Origin: Felis catus
Taxonomy: Eukaryota
Direction: 5' to 3'
DNA length: 64,000 bases
Assembly: GCF_018350175.1 (NCBI RefSeq)
Contig: NC_058375.1
Location: 203,360,001-203,424,000 of the forward strand
Position numbers and translations under genes: made by a program. This document shows positions 48,890 to 61,510 of the stretch, piece by piece. How positions within the stretch are numbered: position 1 is the first letter of the stretch; each line of letters opens with the position of its first letter. The notes under the pieces are model-generated. The model searched no databases. It was given only the letters and a program-made list of their open reading frames with translations, and had not been told where the DNA came from.

Positions 48890-49098
48890 ATTTATGTTTT
48901 TATTTTATTTTTGAGAGAGAGAGACACACACAGTGAGAGCCGGGGAGGGGCAGAGAGAGATGGAGACAGAATCCGAAGCAGGCTCCAGGCTCTGAGACGT
49001 CAGCACAGAGCTCGACGTGGGGCTTGAACTCACAGACTGAAAGATCATAACCTGAGCTGAAGTTGGACGCCCAACTGGCTGAGCCACCCCTGCGCCCC
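48890..49098 (-). mobile_element. CAN-SINE
   Basis: TSD CCTCACTGCCAGCTTCTT. Confidence 0.9.
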
Positions 49099-50619
49099 TC
49101 ACTGCCAGCTTCTTGAGGACAAGAGCCATACTGTTGTCTCCTTTATTTACACGGAAGCCAGCACAGGATCTGGCATATAGTCAGGGCTCAGTAAATATTT
49201 GTGGAACCAGTGAAAGAATGAAGACCTGCTTTAACTTTTTGAGGTTCTACTCGGGCTCTGAGATTCCAAAGCGGCCACTGCCTTTCCCTTTCCCCAGGCC
49301 CTTGGAGACCCTAAGCCCTTTGATCTCACTTTTCTCTAGTTTCCTTGCCCCGTTGATCCGAGTTTCCCGTTGCACTATTCCACTTCCAGATTCCTCCCTT
49401 GCTGTGGACTCTTCTCTCCAGCTTTGTGTGCAGGCAGAATTGAGATGGAAGGCACGTGTCACAGACGCACCTGACTCTGCCATCAGGCTTATGCCTGAAA
49501 CCGACGTTTTCTTCTTTTCCAAGATTCTGCTTGCTTTCCTGTCTTCTCCGTAGCTGCCTCCAATCCGGTTTCCTATCCAGCTTCTGATGAGGAATAGAGC
49601 TTTCATTTCGTCTCTTCCTTTCTGTTTTCTGGATTAACCTCAAGGTTCCCATCTTTCTTTCAGCGCTTCTTAACCCCTCCCCCTATGATTCTAGGGGTTT
49701 CCAGCAGAGACAATGTAAAGAATTAAGGCACTCTCAAGGACCTCAGGTTTATAAAGCCACTCAGGGACTCCCTCAGTTTATTTTATGCAGCACTGCAAAA
49801 TCTGCTCAGGCTGGGCTCTCCCAGCTGCTGTTGGGTCACTGCGATATTGTTATTTTGTTACTTCCTTTTCAGTCAGCCATTCTCGGGCCCTGGCTTCTCT
49901 AATCTCACGCTGAGCTTGGCCTCTGCTTCTCTGTGTTCAGTCTCTCCTGGAACCAGGCTCTGATGGGCTCGCTTGGTCACGGTCTAAAGCGGTGTTCTCA
50001 TGCCAGACCTCCTGTAATGCTGCTGATTTGTCCCATATGTCTGATTCTGGCAACCGGGCCAATTCCTGGGCAGTCTTTTGTGGCTAGGTCTGGTATCAGA
50101 GCCAAGAGAAACAATGTGCGGTAACTTATGTAGAAAGAGCTGCCTCTGACCACTCAATCCTGGGGCCATCGGTGCCAGGCACAGGGCCTCTCCAGCACAA
50201 ACTCCTTTACCACAGCTCTCTTTTTTTGCAGGTGATATTCACACCTCTTCATTCTCTTCCATCTGCCCCCCTTTCCCACTCCATGAAGAGGTTGGTGAAA
50301 GAAACAGATCATCCAATTTCACTCTCCCTACCCACAACCCAGTTTCGGGTGTGAAATTTTCATTTTGGAGGAAACCTTAGGTCTCAATCATCTCATCTGC
50401 TGTGGGAGGCTGTAGCACCACAGCAGTGAGGTCTGTATCTAGGACAATGGTTCACGTCCTAACCAGGAATCATTACTCTGTTGCCCTGTGGGCTATAGTC
50501 TAGGGGCCTGCATGTTCCAAGGTACTAGAAACAATCAGGCTTTGGACTAGGACTCTGAGGTCTGTATTCTCTGGTAACTAACTTTGTCATCATTTTTTCT
50601 TCTTTTCTTAAAAAAAAAT

Positions 50620-51033
50620 ATTTTTAATGTATATTTGAGAGACAGAGACAGAGGGTGAGCAAGGGAAGGGCAGAGAGGGAGACACAGAATCTGAAGCAGG
50701 CTCCAGGGTCTGAGCTGTCAGCACAGAGCCCGACACGAGGCTCGAACCCACCAACTGTGAGACGGTGACCTGAGCCGAAGTCGGATGCTTAATTGACTGA
50801 GCCACCCAGACTTCAGTTTTTTAAAAAAGGTTTTGCCTTGGGGCATCTAGGTGGCTTAGTCAGTTAAAGCATCTGAATCTTGATTTGGGTTCAGGTCAGG
50901 ATCTCACAGTTGTGGAGTTCAAGCCCGCCTGGGGCTCTGCACTGAATGCGGAGCCTGCTTGGGATTCTTTCTCTCTCCGCCCCTCCCCCACTCGTGCTGT
51001 CTATCTCTTAAATAAACTTGAATAAAATAAAAA
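50620..51033. mobile_element. Head-to-head CAN-SINE pair
   Basis: Minus copy followed by plus copy. Confidence 0.85.
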
Positions 51034-51461
51034 AGCTTTTGTCTTCCTCAAGGTTCTTAATGGTAGCAATTTACAGAGACACACTCAAACTAATTTAGGC
51101 AAAAAAAAAAAAAAAAAATTGGGTAGGAATTCTTTGGAAGGTGGCCAAGGCCTCTCCCGCAGCCTGAGGGCAGAAAGGGGAGTGGGCCTCACGCGGGGCC
51201 TGGAAACAAGAACTTAGTCTTCCCTTGTTGCTTCTCTCAGGGGATGTTTTCCTCTCCCTCCATAGTTCAGTTTTCTTTGCTGCTCTCTGTTCCACTTTCA
51301 CATTTCTGGGGGGCCAAGGGATCGAGAGCAAATCTGGCTACAGGGGTCTCTCCATATTAATAGAGCAATTCTCAGAATCTGTGGGCTGGCAAGACACTCC
51401 TGAAAGATTTCAAAGCACTGTCAAGTCAGTAATTTCAAAACAATCTCTTTTTAAAAAAAAA

Positions 51462-51673
51462 TTTTTTTTTTAACGTTTTATTTATTTTTGAGACAGGGAG
51501 AGACAGAGCATGAACAGGGGAGGGTCAGAGAGAGGGAGACACAGAATCTGAAACAGGCTCCAGGCTCTGAGCTGTCAGCACAGAGCCCGACGCGGGGCTC
51601 GAACTCTTGGACCGAGAGATCATGACCTGAGCTGAAGTCGGCCGCTTAACCGACTGAGCCACCCAGGCACCCC
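51462..51673 (-). mobile_element. CAN-SINE
   Basis: TSD CAAAACAATCTCT. Confidence 0.9.
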
Positions 51674-52176
51674 AAAACAATCTCTCTTCTTGCCTAAGAG
51701 GGTTACAGTTGGCAGTGACAGCTATGGGAGAACCCTCCCTTCCTAGTTCCAGGTGACGGATGAACAGAGACTGACAACCATCATGGCTCTGGGATTAATA
51801 ATTCGACAAAAATATATTGAGACTCTACTCTTCCCTTGTATACCGCTCTACCGTTCACTACGTGCTTCCACTTACTTCATTTGACTGCCTTTTAGGCTTT
51901 TGGCTCAGATCACACAGTATGTGATAAACGCTAAATTGTCTGGCTTAGAGGCATAAATTGCCATTTCAAATATTATGTCTTTGGAAAAATGGATCCTTCA
52001 AATTTTGCAACTTGAGATAAAGGTAACTATAGTCTCACCCTCAACTGGTAAAGGATTCATTTGATTTTCCTCTGTACAAAAGGCACTTAATTAAGAAAGG
52101 CACTTAATTAAGGCACAACTCTCCCTGAAAAACAAATCGTTACATTTTTCTTTAATCTAGCTCAGTAGTTGATGTC

Positions 52177-52384
52177 TTTTTTTTTTTTTTTTAATGTGTA
52201 TTTTGAGAAAGAGAGAGAGAAAACACAAGCAGGAGAGGGGCCAGAGAGAGGGAGAAAATCCCAAGCAGGCTCCTCCGTGGCGTCAGCACAGAGCCCCACG
52301 CAGGGCTCCATCTCGCGAACCTTGAGATCATGACTTGAGCAGAGATCGAGTCCCAGGCTTAACCAACTGAGACGCCCAGGCGCC
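52177..52384 (-). mobile_element. CAN-SINE
   Basis: Typical head and tail. Confidence 0.88.
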
Positions 52385-52899
52385 GGGAGGTCCTCTTTTG
52401 ACCGGGAGCAAGGTGAAAGCTCTAATGGGAACTTGGAACCAGGAAAATTTGGCAGTCTTGACAAAATTGGTTACTAATTGAAAGACCTTTGCAGGTAACG
52501 TAGCCTCTGTGAACCTGTTTTTTTTTTTTTTTCAAAGCTGGCCTAACAATTTTTATTCACGTGTTACGAGACGGAACGCGGTAAAAACAAGAGACCTGAT
52601 ACACGTGGAGCATTACCAATCTCAGTATGAGAGTCTGACACTGCTGAAGGAAAAAAGGACAGAGTTTGGAGGGACGTTAAGGAAAAACCGTCAAGGGGCA
52701 CTGCAGAAGTGGCAAATTTGCCAGCTCCCGCTTTCGGCAGATACCAAAAAAACTCCTATGGCGGACTCGCTCTCCTTTAATTGGAAAACAAGTGTTCGCT
52801 TTGGCCGAGTCCTTTCCTCACTAAGAGAAAATTCCGTTTCCTAAAACTTTGCTTCCTCGCCCAGTCTGCAAACAACGAGTCAGGTTTGTTTTCCTCACA

Positions 52900-53400
52900 G
52901 GGGCCGCGGCAAGCCGAGTGGAAGTCCCTTGCCGAGCGGAGCCCACGAGTGGGGCGGGGATGGCGGTGGCGGTGGCGGCTCCCCTACGGGCGGGGGGGGG
53001 GGGGGGGGGGAGGCCGGGCCCAGCAGGTCGGAGCGCCGAGGGACCGCCCCGTCCGCACCCAGACCCCACCGCCTCCAGCCGACACGTCTGCACGACTTAG
53101 GGCGTGGTTTCCGGCAGCGCAGGCAAGCTTTCCGGTTGTCCCGCTTCCCCGCCTTCCTTCCGGGGCGGGACTTCCCGTCCATTATTGATAGGCGCCGGGC
53201 TGCAGAGTTGGTGGAAGGAGCCCACAGGAGGTCAGTTTGGGTGGCGAGGTCTTATGCCCCTCGAAAGGGTACCCGACAGGATGCCCTTCCTCGCTCTCTC
53301 CCTTACTTTTTTTCCCTGCGAGGTCTCGGCTTGCTCGGACGTCCTAGGCTTTTTGTATTACCACCCACCTGAGGCTCTTCCGCTTCCTCTTTCTCAGGCT
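52900..53400 (+). promoter_or_regulatory. STK11IP CpG-island promoter and non-coding first exon region
   Basis: CpG-rich; repeated TTCCGG (ETS/GABP) at 53109-53163; GC boxes; acceptor TTCTCAG ending 53397. Confidence 0.7.
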
Positions 53401-53422
53401 CCGCCCCCAGCGTCCCGTGGCC

Positions 53423-53483
53423 ATGACGACCGCCCAGCGGGATACCCTGGTGTGGAAGCTCGCCGGGCTGCTGCGGGAGTCTG
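53423..53483 (+). CDS. STK11IP: STK11-interacting protein, first coding exon
   Basis: GTGGCCATGA; MTTAQRDTLVWKLAGLLRES; donor GTGAG. Confidence 0.9.
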
Positions 53484-54604
53484 GTGAGTGGATACCTGGT
53501 TAATCTGGGGGCTGAGGCAGGGTGGGGGTGCACCCTGCCTTACAGAGACACTCCCCCTAGGGGTCATAGAATGACAGCTGTTTAAGGTCACGAGGGTTCG
53601 AGCGTCAGTTCATTTTTTTTACTTCTCTGGGGTTTTTTTCTCTGGTGCCATTGCTTACAGTGTCCTTTGTCTTTGACAGTTCAAACCTTAGCCATCCTTC
53701 GAGGTCCAACTCCAGTACCACTTCCTCCATGCGTTCTCTGATACTCTCAGAGGAAGGTGATCATTACTTGGCTGTAAGTCTCTGGAGACCAGGGACTAGT
53801 ATAATCGTTGCTGTGTGGCAAGATCCTTAGTATAGTTAAAAGCACGAGGTTTGTTGGAGTCAGATTCACTTGGGTTGGAATCCCAACCTTCTTTCAAACG
53901 TGGCGAAGTTAAGTTTTCTGAGCTTCAGTTTTCCTCGCCAGCAAAATGGCATAATGATTGTACTTGACTCAAAAAGTTGTCGAGGGGATTAATTTTAATT
54001 CACGTAAAGCACTTAGGACAGTGTTTGCATAATATGTAAGGGCTCAAAACTGGTAGCTGTTTTTACTAGAGTTTCTTCTTTCAGGACTTGGGCGTGGTGG
54101 AGCCACACTGGTTGTTCAGTATGTGGTTGACATTAGTTGTGGTACAACAAGCCTTGGCTTTGAGATCACACACAAGTACCAACTTCCTACCACCTATATA
54201 ATCTCGGTTGATATTCTTTTCTAAGCTCTCATTTTCATATCTGAAAGAGGTGGTCAGTAGTGCTTCTCTTTAGGAGATTTTAAAGAAGTTTAAATGAGGT
54301 AACAAAGTTGTCTGTCACATACTACCCAATTCATGTTAGCTGCCTTCTAGCACTCTGTACTCCCATTGATGGTATCTGTGGAATCTCTGTTTGTAGCAGT
54401 TTCAGTTTCTGGCTTGTTTTATTAACTGTGTATGTATTTTATCTCTTGTAGACTGGGGGGCTCTTTGAGGGTGGGAAGAGTCTTTGAACCCTGTCTGCAT
54501 CTACCCTTTGTGTCAAGTACATAGACCATCTTTCAAGTAAGGTTACAGGATTTATTGGTTTGTTCAGACAAATCTGACCTGGTGCTCTAGGGGTTAGGCA
54601 TGAT

Positions 54605-54649
<45 letters not shown>

Positions 54650-54669
54650 ATGTGTATGTATGTATGTAT

Positions 54670-55143
54670 TGCTATAAAGAGGAAGCTAGAGAGAGATATT
54701 TATGGTGATGGAATAGTTTTGTATTTTCATGGTGATGTTGGTTATAGGAATCCACACCAATGACAGTGGCATAGAACTATAGGGATGTACGTATTTACAT
54801 CGTCAGTTTCCTGCCTTTGATCTCTTACCACATTTACATAAAATGTAACCATTGGTGGAAACTGGGTGAAGGGTATAGAATACCTGTCTGTAACATTTTT
54901 GCAACATCCTTTGACTCTATCCTTGTTTTTATTTAAAACGTTTGTTTATTTTTGAGAGAGAAAGAGGGAGAGCATTTGTGTGCAAATAGGGGAGGAACAG
55001 AGAGAGAGAGACAGAATCCCAAGCAGGCTTCACGCTGCCAGGGCAGAGCCTGACCCAGGGCTTGAACTCACGAACCGTGAGATCAGGACCTGAGGCAAAA
55101 TTAAGAGTTGGACACTTAGCCGACTGAGCCACCTAGGCACCCC
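54670..55143. mobile_element. Old L1M 3' fragment followed by a CAN-SINE; preceded by (TG)17 at 54607-54640
   Basis: GTAACCATTGGTGGAAACTGGGTGAAGGGTA L1M motif; SINE body. Confidence 0.7.
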
Positions 55144-55989
55144 TATATCTTGGTTTAAAAAAAAAAAAAAGTAAACAAAATATTTCTCTGTGCCTACCTC
55201 ACAGCTATACTTTTTTAGGTGCAGTGACGGGTACCAAGGTGATCAAAAGATGCCCTCAAGGATGACAGTCTCGTTAGAGCAGTTTTAGCATAGAGATCAA
55301 GAATAGTACCAATGCTATAACGAGCGGTTATTCTTTTTATGACGTGCATTTTAGGATTGTTTGAAAGTTTCTGCAAGTGTGCCTATCTTTCAATCAGAAA
55401 AAGAAGTCAAGATGAAACCAACACCTGGGGCACCTGGCTGGTTCAGCGGTGGAGCATGTGACTCTTGATCTTGGGGTCATGGGCTTGAGCCCCATGTTGG
55501 ATGTAGAGTTTACTTAAAAAAAAAAAAAAAAAGATGAGACACATTACCAGCTTTTATGTAAAATGAATGATTATGGTCTAAAAGTACAGCAGTGTGACAC
55601 AGTGAGAAGCCTGCCTGGAGGAGGTAGGTCTCAAGCTGAGCAGAGTGGAAGGGAATATCAGAAAACGAGGAAGCTGTGAACCACGCTGACTGTATTCCCA
55701 GCATCGTGAGTAGGCCAGACTCTCTTGAGCAGATGGTGAAAGAAAATTTGGAAACGTCGGTTGGATGTAGTGACACGATTTCATATTTCAGGCTGAAGAG
55801 TTAGGACTTTTTGGGAAGAGAGAGGGGAGCCATTGAAGACTTTTGGGCGGGGGAGGAGATAGTATGATCCTGGCAGCGGAAGATTACAGTGTGGATTGGA
55901 CTGGGTGTGTCCTGGGGTCGCAGAGTCTTAGGATAAAGGGAAAGACCCTTTTGTTATGCTCTCCTTCCTGTCCGCCCCTTTCCCTGCAG

Positions 55990-56195
55990 GTGATGTGGTC
56001 CTGTCTGGCCGTAGCACTCTGAGCCTGTTGACTGGCACCCTGCAGCAGCTGAGCCACGTATTTGAGCTGCACCTGGGACCGTGGGGCCCTGGCCAGACAG
56101 GCTTTGTGGCTCTGCCCTCTCATCCCGCCGACTCCCCTGTCATCCTCCAGCTTCAGTTCCTCTTCGATGTGCTGCAGAAAACTCTTTCACTCAAG
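55990..56195 (+). CDS. STK11IP: STK11IP coding exon 2
   Basis: [13 protein letters not shown]...[14 protein letters not shown]. Confidence 0.92.
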
Positions 56196-56398
56196 GTCCT
56201 GGGGTGGGAATTGGGTAGGATGTACACAGGGCCCAAGAGCTGGGGGTGGGTACATGGGTGCAAGAAGTCTGCAGGGCCCAGATCGAGGAGATGTGAGAGC
56301 TGTGGGTGGCTGTGCCGAGGAGGAGAGGTTAAGGAAAGGGAGATGTGCTGGCCTCAGTGACATGAGTGATTTTTTTGTTTTGTTTTGTTTTGTTTTAG

Positions 56399-56473
56399 CT
56401 GGTACATGTCCCTGGTTCTGGCCTCCCAGGGCCCATCAAGATTTTTCCCTTCAAGTCCCTTCGGCATCTGGAG
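56399..56473 (+). CDS. STK11IP: STK11IP coding exon 3
   Basis: LVHVPGSGLPGPIKIFPFKSLRHLE; AG/GT. Confidence 0.9.
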
Positions 56474-56765
56474 GTATGGAGTGTTGGATGCTGACACACA
56501 AAACCCAGCTTGGGACAACCTTTTGGGAATGGAGAAAGAGAGACGGTCTCTTTTGCGGGGGGGGGGGGGGGGGGGCAGGGGGACAGGCCTGAGTGTGCCC
56601 ATTGCTCTGTGGCAGTGTGACATCTGTCTCGTGTAACGGTTCCCTGAATCATAGTTGGCCTTGTCGACCTTTCCCTCCCTGTAAAAGGAGGGAAAGTGAG
56701 GTGAAGCGTCTGCCTTTTGTGAAGTTTTGTCTCCCTCCTTCCCTCCCTCCTTTTCTCCACCGCAG

Positions 56766-56861
56766 CTCCGAGGTGTCCCCATCCATTGCCTTCGTGGCCT
56801 CTGTGGCATCTACTCCCAGCTAGAGACCCTGATTTGCAGCAGGAGCATCCAGGCATTAGAG
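56766..56861 (+). CDS. STK11IP: STK11IP coding exon 4 (LRR)
   Basis: LRGVPIHCLRGLCGIYSQLETLICSRSIQALE. Confidence 0.92.
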
Positions 56862-57243
56862 GTAAGGAGAATGAAGGCTGGGCCCGGATGCCCTGTTCTG
56901 AGGGACATAGAGGACCAAGCTCTGACATTCCCTCTTTTTTGCAGCCTTCCCTGCCTCCTGCTTCCCTCTGGACAGTGTCCTTGCCCCCTTTGCTCTGCTC
57001 CCAGAGCACTATGTATCTGTTTATATGTTTATGGCCACACCTACCCTCTTGTATTCAATATTCCCATGTTTGTCTCCCCATTCTCCCCACAATGAACTCC
57101 TGGGGGCAGGGCCCTGGGCTTTCTTTCAGTCTGCCTCTGCAGACCGACTTTAGTATATAAAGAACGAATGAATGGCTGGGAGACAGCGTGGCCTTGCATT
57201 GGGGAGGAGGGGACAGTGGCGGTAATGGAGCACCCTGTCTCAG

Positions 57244-57351
57244 GAGCTCCTCTCAGCCTGCGGTGGTGACCTCTGCTCTGCCCTGCCTTGGCTGGCTCTA
57301 CTCTCTGCCAACTTCAGCTACAACGCACTGACTTCTTTAGACAGCTCCCTG
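57244..57351 (+). CDS. STK11IP: STK11IP coding exon 5 (LRR)
   Basis: [36 protein letters not shown]. Confidence 0.92.
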
Positions 57352-57468
57352 GTGAGTGCCTGAGAGGGAAGGGAATTTGGGGAAGGACACGGACAGGCCC
57401 TTAGGGAGGAGGGCCAGCTTGTTGCACGGAGGTGTCTGATTCTCTGCTGCTTTTCCCATGCCCCCCAG

Positions 57469-57540
57469 CGTCTCTTGTCAGCTCTGCGCTTCCTGAATCT
57501 GAGCCACAATCAAGTGCAGGACTGTGAGGGCTTCCTGATG
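57469..57540 (+). CDS. STK11IP: STK11IP coding exon 6 (LRR)
   Basis: RLLSALRFLNLSHNQVQDCEGFLM. Confidence 0.92.
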
Positions 57541-57934
57541 GTGAGTAAGGGCAGGCTGGTTGGGGCTGGCACCACATGGGTCTCTGATTCTGCTCTGATC
57601 CTCTCTCCTGGACCTGGTTTTGCTCCCACCTTCGTCTTGTCCCCCGCCTTCCCCCAGGTGGGGCTGCATCCTGGAGGCAGTACTGTTTGAGAACTCAGGC
57701 TCTAGCATAAGACAGGCCAGCATTCAAATCTCAGCTCCTAATCCTTGTGTGATTTGGGACAAACTAACCTATGAGTTTCTTCACCCATCAAGCAGAAGTC
57801 ATAGGAGTACCTGCTTGTATAGTATTACTGTGGGTGCGAAGGTTGTGGGATGTTGCTCAGCCTATGCCTAGCTCAGGAAAGATGGCTTCGGGAAGATGGT
57901 GAAGAGCCTTCTCCCGCATCTCATAGTCAGGGGT

Positions 57935-58608
57935 GGCCAAAGTCAGACACTAGTTAATGTGGTGAGAACAGACTTTAATCCGTAACGCACCATTGGAGTA
58001 GTAATAAGCTAGCGTGGAATGTAATCAGCAGTAAAACTATTTTAATTGGTAGTAAACTTCAGCGTGAACTGAACTCCAATTCAGTTTGTGCAGAGATTAC
58101 TGGGACCTTTAAAGGGAGAGTGAGGGAATGGGGCCGGGGAAGACAGGGGCTTGAGCAGATTCTCTCCAGTCAGTTTCCTCAGGTCAAGAAAGTAGAAATG
58201 TACAGAAAGCAGGAAGGGGGCATTGGTCCACATGAAACCCATCTGGGTCTGGGTTTGCTAACCGGCGCTTGCCAGAGTTAGCTTCCTACCTTCCCACAGA
58301 GGCTGGGACACAGGGGCTGTATCTTCAGGCATTGGCTGCTACAAACTAAATTCTCCTGGCAGCCTGGAGTTTCTCTAGGACGGAACGGAAGGGGGTTGGA
58401 GTTGTCTTCCCAATGATGTGACCTTGAGCTATTAGGAACTATGCCAGTATTCGTTCAAGTCTGTTAACATGGTGCGGGGAGGGGCGGGTGGAGGACTGGA
58501 TGAATCATTTGTGCTGAGAGTACGCAGTCTTTATAGGCCAAGGTTGAGGCCTGCTTGAAGGCTCAGAGGAGCCCGGCTAGAGTCTGGTCAAGGAGAGAAT
58601 CTTTGTCA
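57935..58608 (-). mobile_element. ERV1-class LTR (MER31/MER67-like)
   Basis: Minus strand begins TGACAAAGATTCTCTCCTTGACCAGACTCTAG; ATTAAA near the far end; left boundary approximate. Confidence 0.7.
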
Positions 58609-58622
58609 CCAACCCCTCTCAG

Positions 58623-58749
58623 GACTTGTCTGAGCTCTGCCATCTGGACATCTCCTATAACCACCTGCATATGGTGCCAAGAATAGGACCCTCAGGGGCC
58701 GCTCTGGGGACCCTGATACTGCGAGGCAATGAGCTCCGGAGCCTGCAGG
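58623..58749 (+). CDS. STK11IP: STK11IP coding exon 7 (LRR)
   Basis: DLSELCHLDISYNHL...LRGNELRSLQ. Confidence 0.92.
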
Positions 58750-58982
58750 GTGAGTGGGAGTTTGGGGAGGGAAGTGGGGGGCCAGAGAGTAGGCGGGGGC
58801 ACACAGGGTTTTAGGGGCAATGTGAGACTGAGAGTGGTCCGGGAACCGCATGCCTCCAGGGCCTCTTGTGGGTCTACGGGTAGGTCTGAGATGCCCAGGC
58901 TGGTCTTGCCGCTGCATGTCCCCCAGCACCCTGCCCCCTGAACTCACCCACCTGTCCTTCCTCCCTTCTCATCTCTACCCAG

Positions 58983-59086
58983 GCCTGGAGCGGCTGAGGA
59001 ACCTGCGGCACCTGGATGTGGCGTACAACCTGCTAGAAGGACACAGGGAGCTGTCCCCGTTGTGGCTACTGGCTGAGCTCCGCAAG
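58983..59086 (+). CDS. STK11IP: STK11IP coding exon 8 (LRR)
   Basis: LERLRNLRHLDVAYNLL...LAELRK. Confidence 0.92.
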
Positions 59087-59220
59087 GTGAGTCTTGAGCG
59101 CTTCCGGGACTTGGGAGCCAGCTGTGCGCCTCTCCCTCCCTCCCGGGCTGATCTGGTGAGTGCCCTTCCTCACTCAGGGAGGCCTGAGGCCCATCTCAGT
59201 CTCCCCTTCCTGCTCTTCAG

Positions 59221-59316
59221 CTCTACCTGGAGGGGAACCCTTTGTGGTTCCACCCTGCGCATCGGGAGGTCACTGCCCAGTACTTGTCACCCCGTGTCAG
59301 GGATGCTGCAGCCGGC
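59221..59316 (+). CDS. STK11IP: STK11IP coding exon 9
   Basis: LYLEGNPLWFHPAHREVTAQYLSPRVRDAAAG. Confidence 0.92.
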
Positions 59317-59549
59317 GTGAGTAATCTTCTCACATCCGCTCTGCTGTCCCTCTCTTGCCTGGTCCTGCCCTCGCCCCCTGTGCCTCTTTCCACCCCATCC
59401 TTGGGTGAGGGGCCATAGCCCCGGACTCCCTGCTTGTTATGCTGTTGCCCCTCGCTGAGCCTAGGGGTCCCTGGGCTGAAGGGTTTCCCTGCGTGGGCAG
59501 GCAGGAACTCTACCACCAACACGACCCCTCCTCTTTTGTCTTTGCTCAG

Positions 59550-59591
59550 TTCCTTCTCGACGGGAAAGTCTTGTCACTGACTGACTTTCAG
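59550..59591 (+). CDS. STK11IP: STK11IP coding exon 10
   Basis: FLLDGKVLSLTDFQ. Confidence 0.88.
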
Positions 59592-59766
59592 GTTAGTATG
59601 CTGGGAGCTCTGGGAATAGGATTGGTTTGGGAGGACATGAAAGGGGTCCCAGGGTAGGGGTCTTTCTGGGAAGCTGAAAAGTAGGGCCTGTCCTCTGGCT
59701 AGCCTGGCAGGGCAGAGGTGTACCTCTGGCTCCAACCTTTCTGTCCTTCCTGTTGTCACACCCCAG

Positions 59767-59907
59767 CTCTCCACATCCTCCAGCTCCATGGCTCCACCTG
59801 TGCTCTGGCCAGCAGGGAGTACTGTTGAAACCTCAGGTGGCCCTGACTTGAGCGACAGCATCTCCTCTGGGGGCGTTGTGGCCCAGCCCCCACATCGTAA
59901 GGTTAAG
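59767..59907 (+). CDS. STK11IP: STK11IP coding exon 11
   Basis: ...WPAGSTVETSGGPDLSDSISSGGVV...KVK; 141 nt in frame. Confidence 0.85.
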
Positions 59908-60105
59908 GTAGACGGTGTCCTAGGCTGCCTTGTGCTGGGGTTGAGTCCCTTTAATGGGTGCTCTGGTTTATCGATGGGCTGAAAATAGTAAGGCCTCGTC
60001 CTTGGTTGTGAGTGGGGCTTTCTGGGTAGGTTGGGTGGGTGGCCATGGATGGCAGGGTGGGAGGCCCTGGCTTTCATAGAGCATGGGCCCTCTGTCCACC
60101 TTCAG

Positions 60106-60190
60106 AGCCGAGTCCGTGTGAGGCGAGCAAGTATCTCGGAACCCAGTGATACAGACCCAGAGCCCCGTACTCTGGACCCCTCCCCGGCTG
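60106..60190 (+). CDS. STK11IP: STK11IP coding exon 12
   Basis: SRVRVRRASISEPSDTDPEPRTLDPSPA. Confidence 0.92.
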
Positions 60191-60763
60191 GTAAGTCCGC
60201 CATGCTCCCAGCTGCCCTTGCCCAGTCCTGTCTTCAGTGTCCTGTCCCAGTCTTCTCGGTAGAAGGATTCTGTCTGTGGTGGAGCACAGCATTATAGAGG
60301 GCCTCGTAGGCTTTCCTCTTTCTTTCTAATTTAGGGAAAGGAGAAGAGACCACTCCTGGGCAGCATTTTCCAAAGTGTTTTTCAAGGAACGTGAATTTTG
60401 TAGGCTGTCGAAAGGTCACTTGATGACTAGATTCCGTGGGAACTTCTGGGCTAACCAAAGTCAAATAGACGTCCTCCTCCTAGGACGTCTCAGGACCTCC
60501 AGGGTGCCCCCTTGTATTTCAAATCTCCCAAGGAGTGGATGTTGTGTGGTTCTGAATTGCACACGACCACAGGTGTTCTACAGAACACGCTTCAGGACAC
60601 GCTGCTGAGGGGAAGCCTTTAGTTTCCCCCTGATGCCCAGCCCCTATTAACATTACACACCCGTTTACTTCACTGTGAGGGAGAGTTGCAGAAGAGGTCG
60701 GGCTCGGCGGGGGTTGTGGTGGGGGCGTGGGCTTGCTCAGTGGTGCTCTCCCCACCGGCCCAG

Positions 60764-61105
60764 GGCAGTTTGTGCAGCAGCATCGGGAACTTGAACTCAT
60801 GAACAGCTTCCGGGAACGGTTTGGCTGTGACTGGCTACAGTATAGGAATCACCTGGAGACCTCTGGGACCCCGGTTCTGGCTGCCTCCCAGACCCCTGCC
60901 CTCAGCACTCTGTGCCCAGACACCCTGAGCCCAGGGTCTGTGCCTGGGCCTCCCCGCCCAGAGAAGGAGTCACCGCAGGAAATGGCAGAGGAGGTCAGGC
61001 TACGGCCGGAGCCCCGGGAAGAAGAGGTGGTGGAGGAGCTGGTGAAGGAGGAAGAAGGAAAGGAGGAAGAAGAGGAGGAGGAGCAGGAGCGGAATGAAGT
61101 GGAGG
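60764..61105 (+). CDS. STK11IP: STK11IP coding exon 13 (Glu-rich)
   Basis: QFVQQHRELELMNSFRERFGCDWLQYR...EEEEQERNEVE. Confidence 0.9.
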
Positions 61106-61213
61106 GTGAGTTGTGAGCGCTCAGTGCCCGTCAGGGAGACGGGGCCCGGTGCTGGTGGCGTATCTGGGAGAGTTAGGAAAACCCAGACTGGGGATAGCTC
61201 ACCCCTGCAGTCT

Positions 61214-61413
61214 TTCTTAATGTTTATTTTTGAGAGAGAAACAGAGGGCGAATGGGAGTGGGGCAGAGAGAGAGGGAGACACAGAATCGGAAGCAGGCTC
61301 CAGGCTCCGAGCTGTCAGCACAGAGCCCGACGCGGGGCTCGAACCCACGGACTGTGAGACCATGACCTGAGCCGAAGTCAGACGCTCAACCGACTGAGCC
61401 ATCCAGGCGCCCC
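61214..61413 (-). mobile_element. CAN-SINE
   Basis: Typical. Confidence 0.9.
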
Positions 61414-61510
61414 TGGCTTACCCCTCTTGGATGGAAGGCCACCCCTTGGGAGGGCAGAGTCAGGGATACCTCTCTCTTCTTATGGGGCTGCTCCCCTGAT
61501 CTCTCCTCAG

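Noticed and set aside
49100-50560. Apparently unique sequence with short ORFs upstream of STK11IP
   Set aside because: No protein resemblance or consistent splice signals; possibly old repeats or enhancer DNA, which I cannot support from sequence alone
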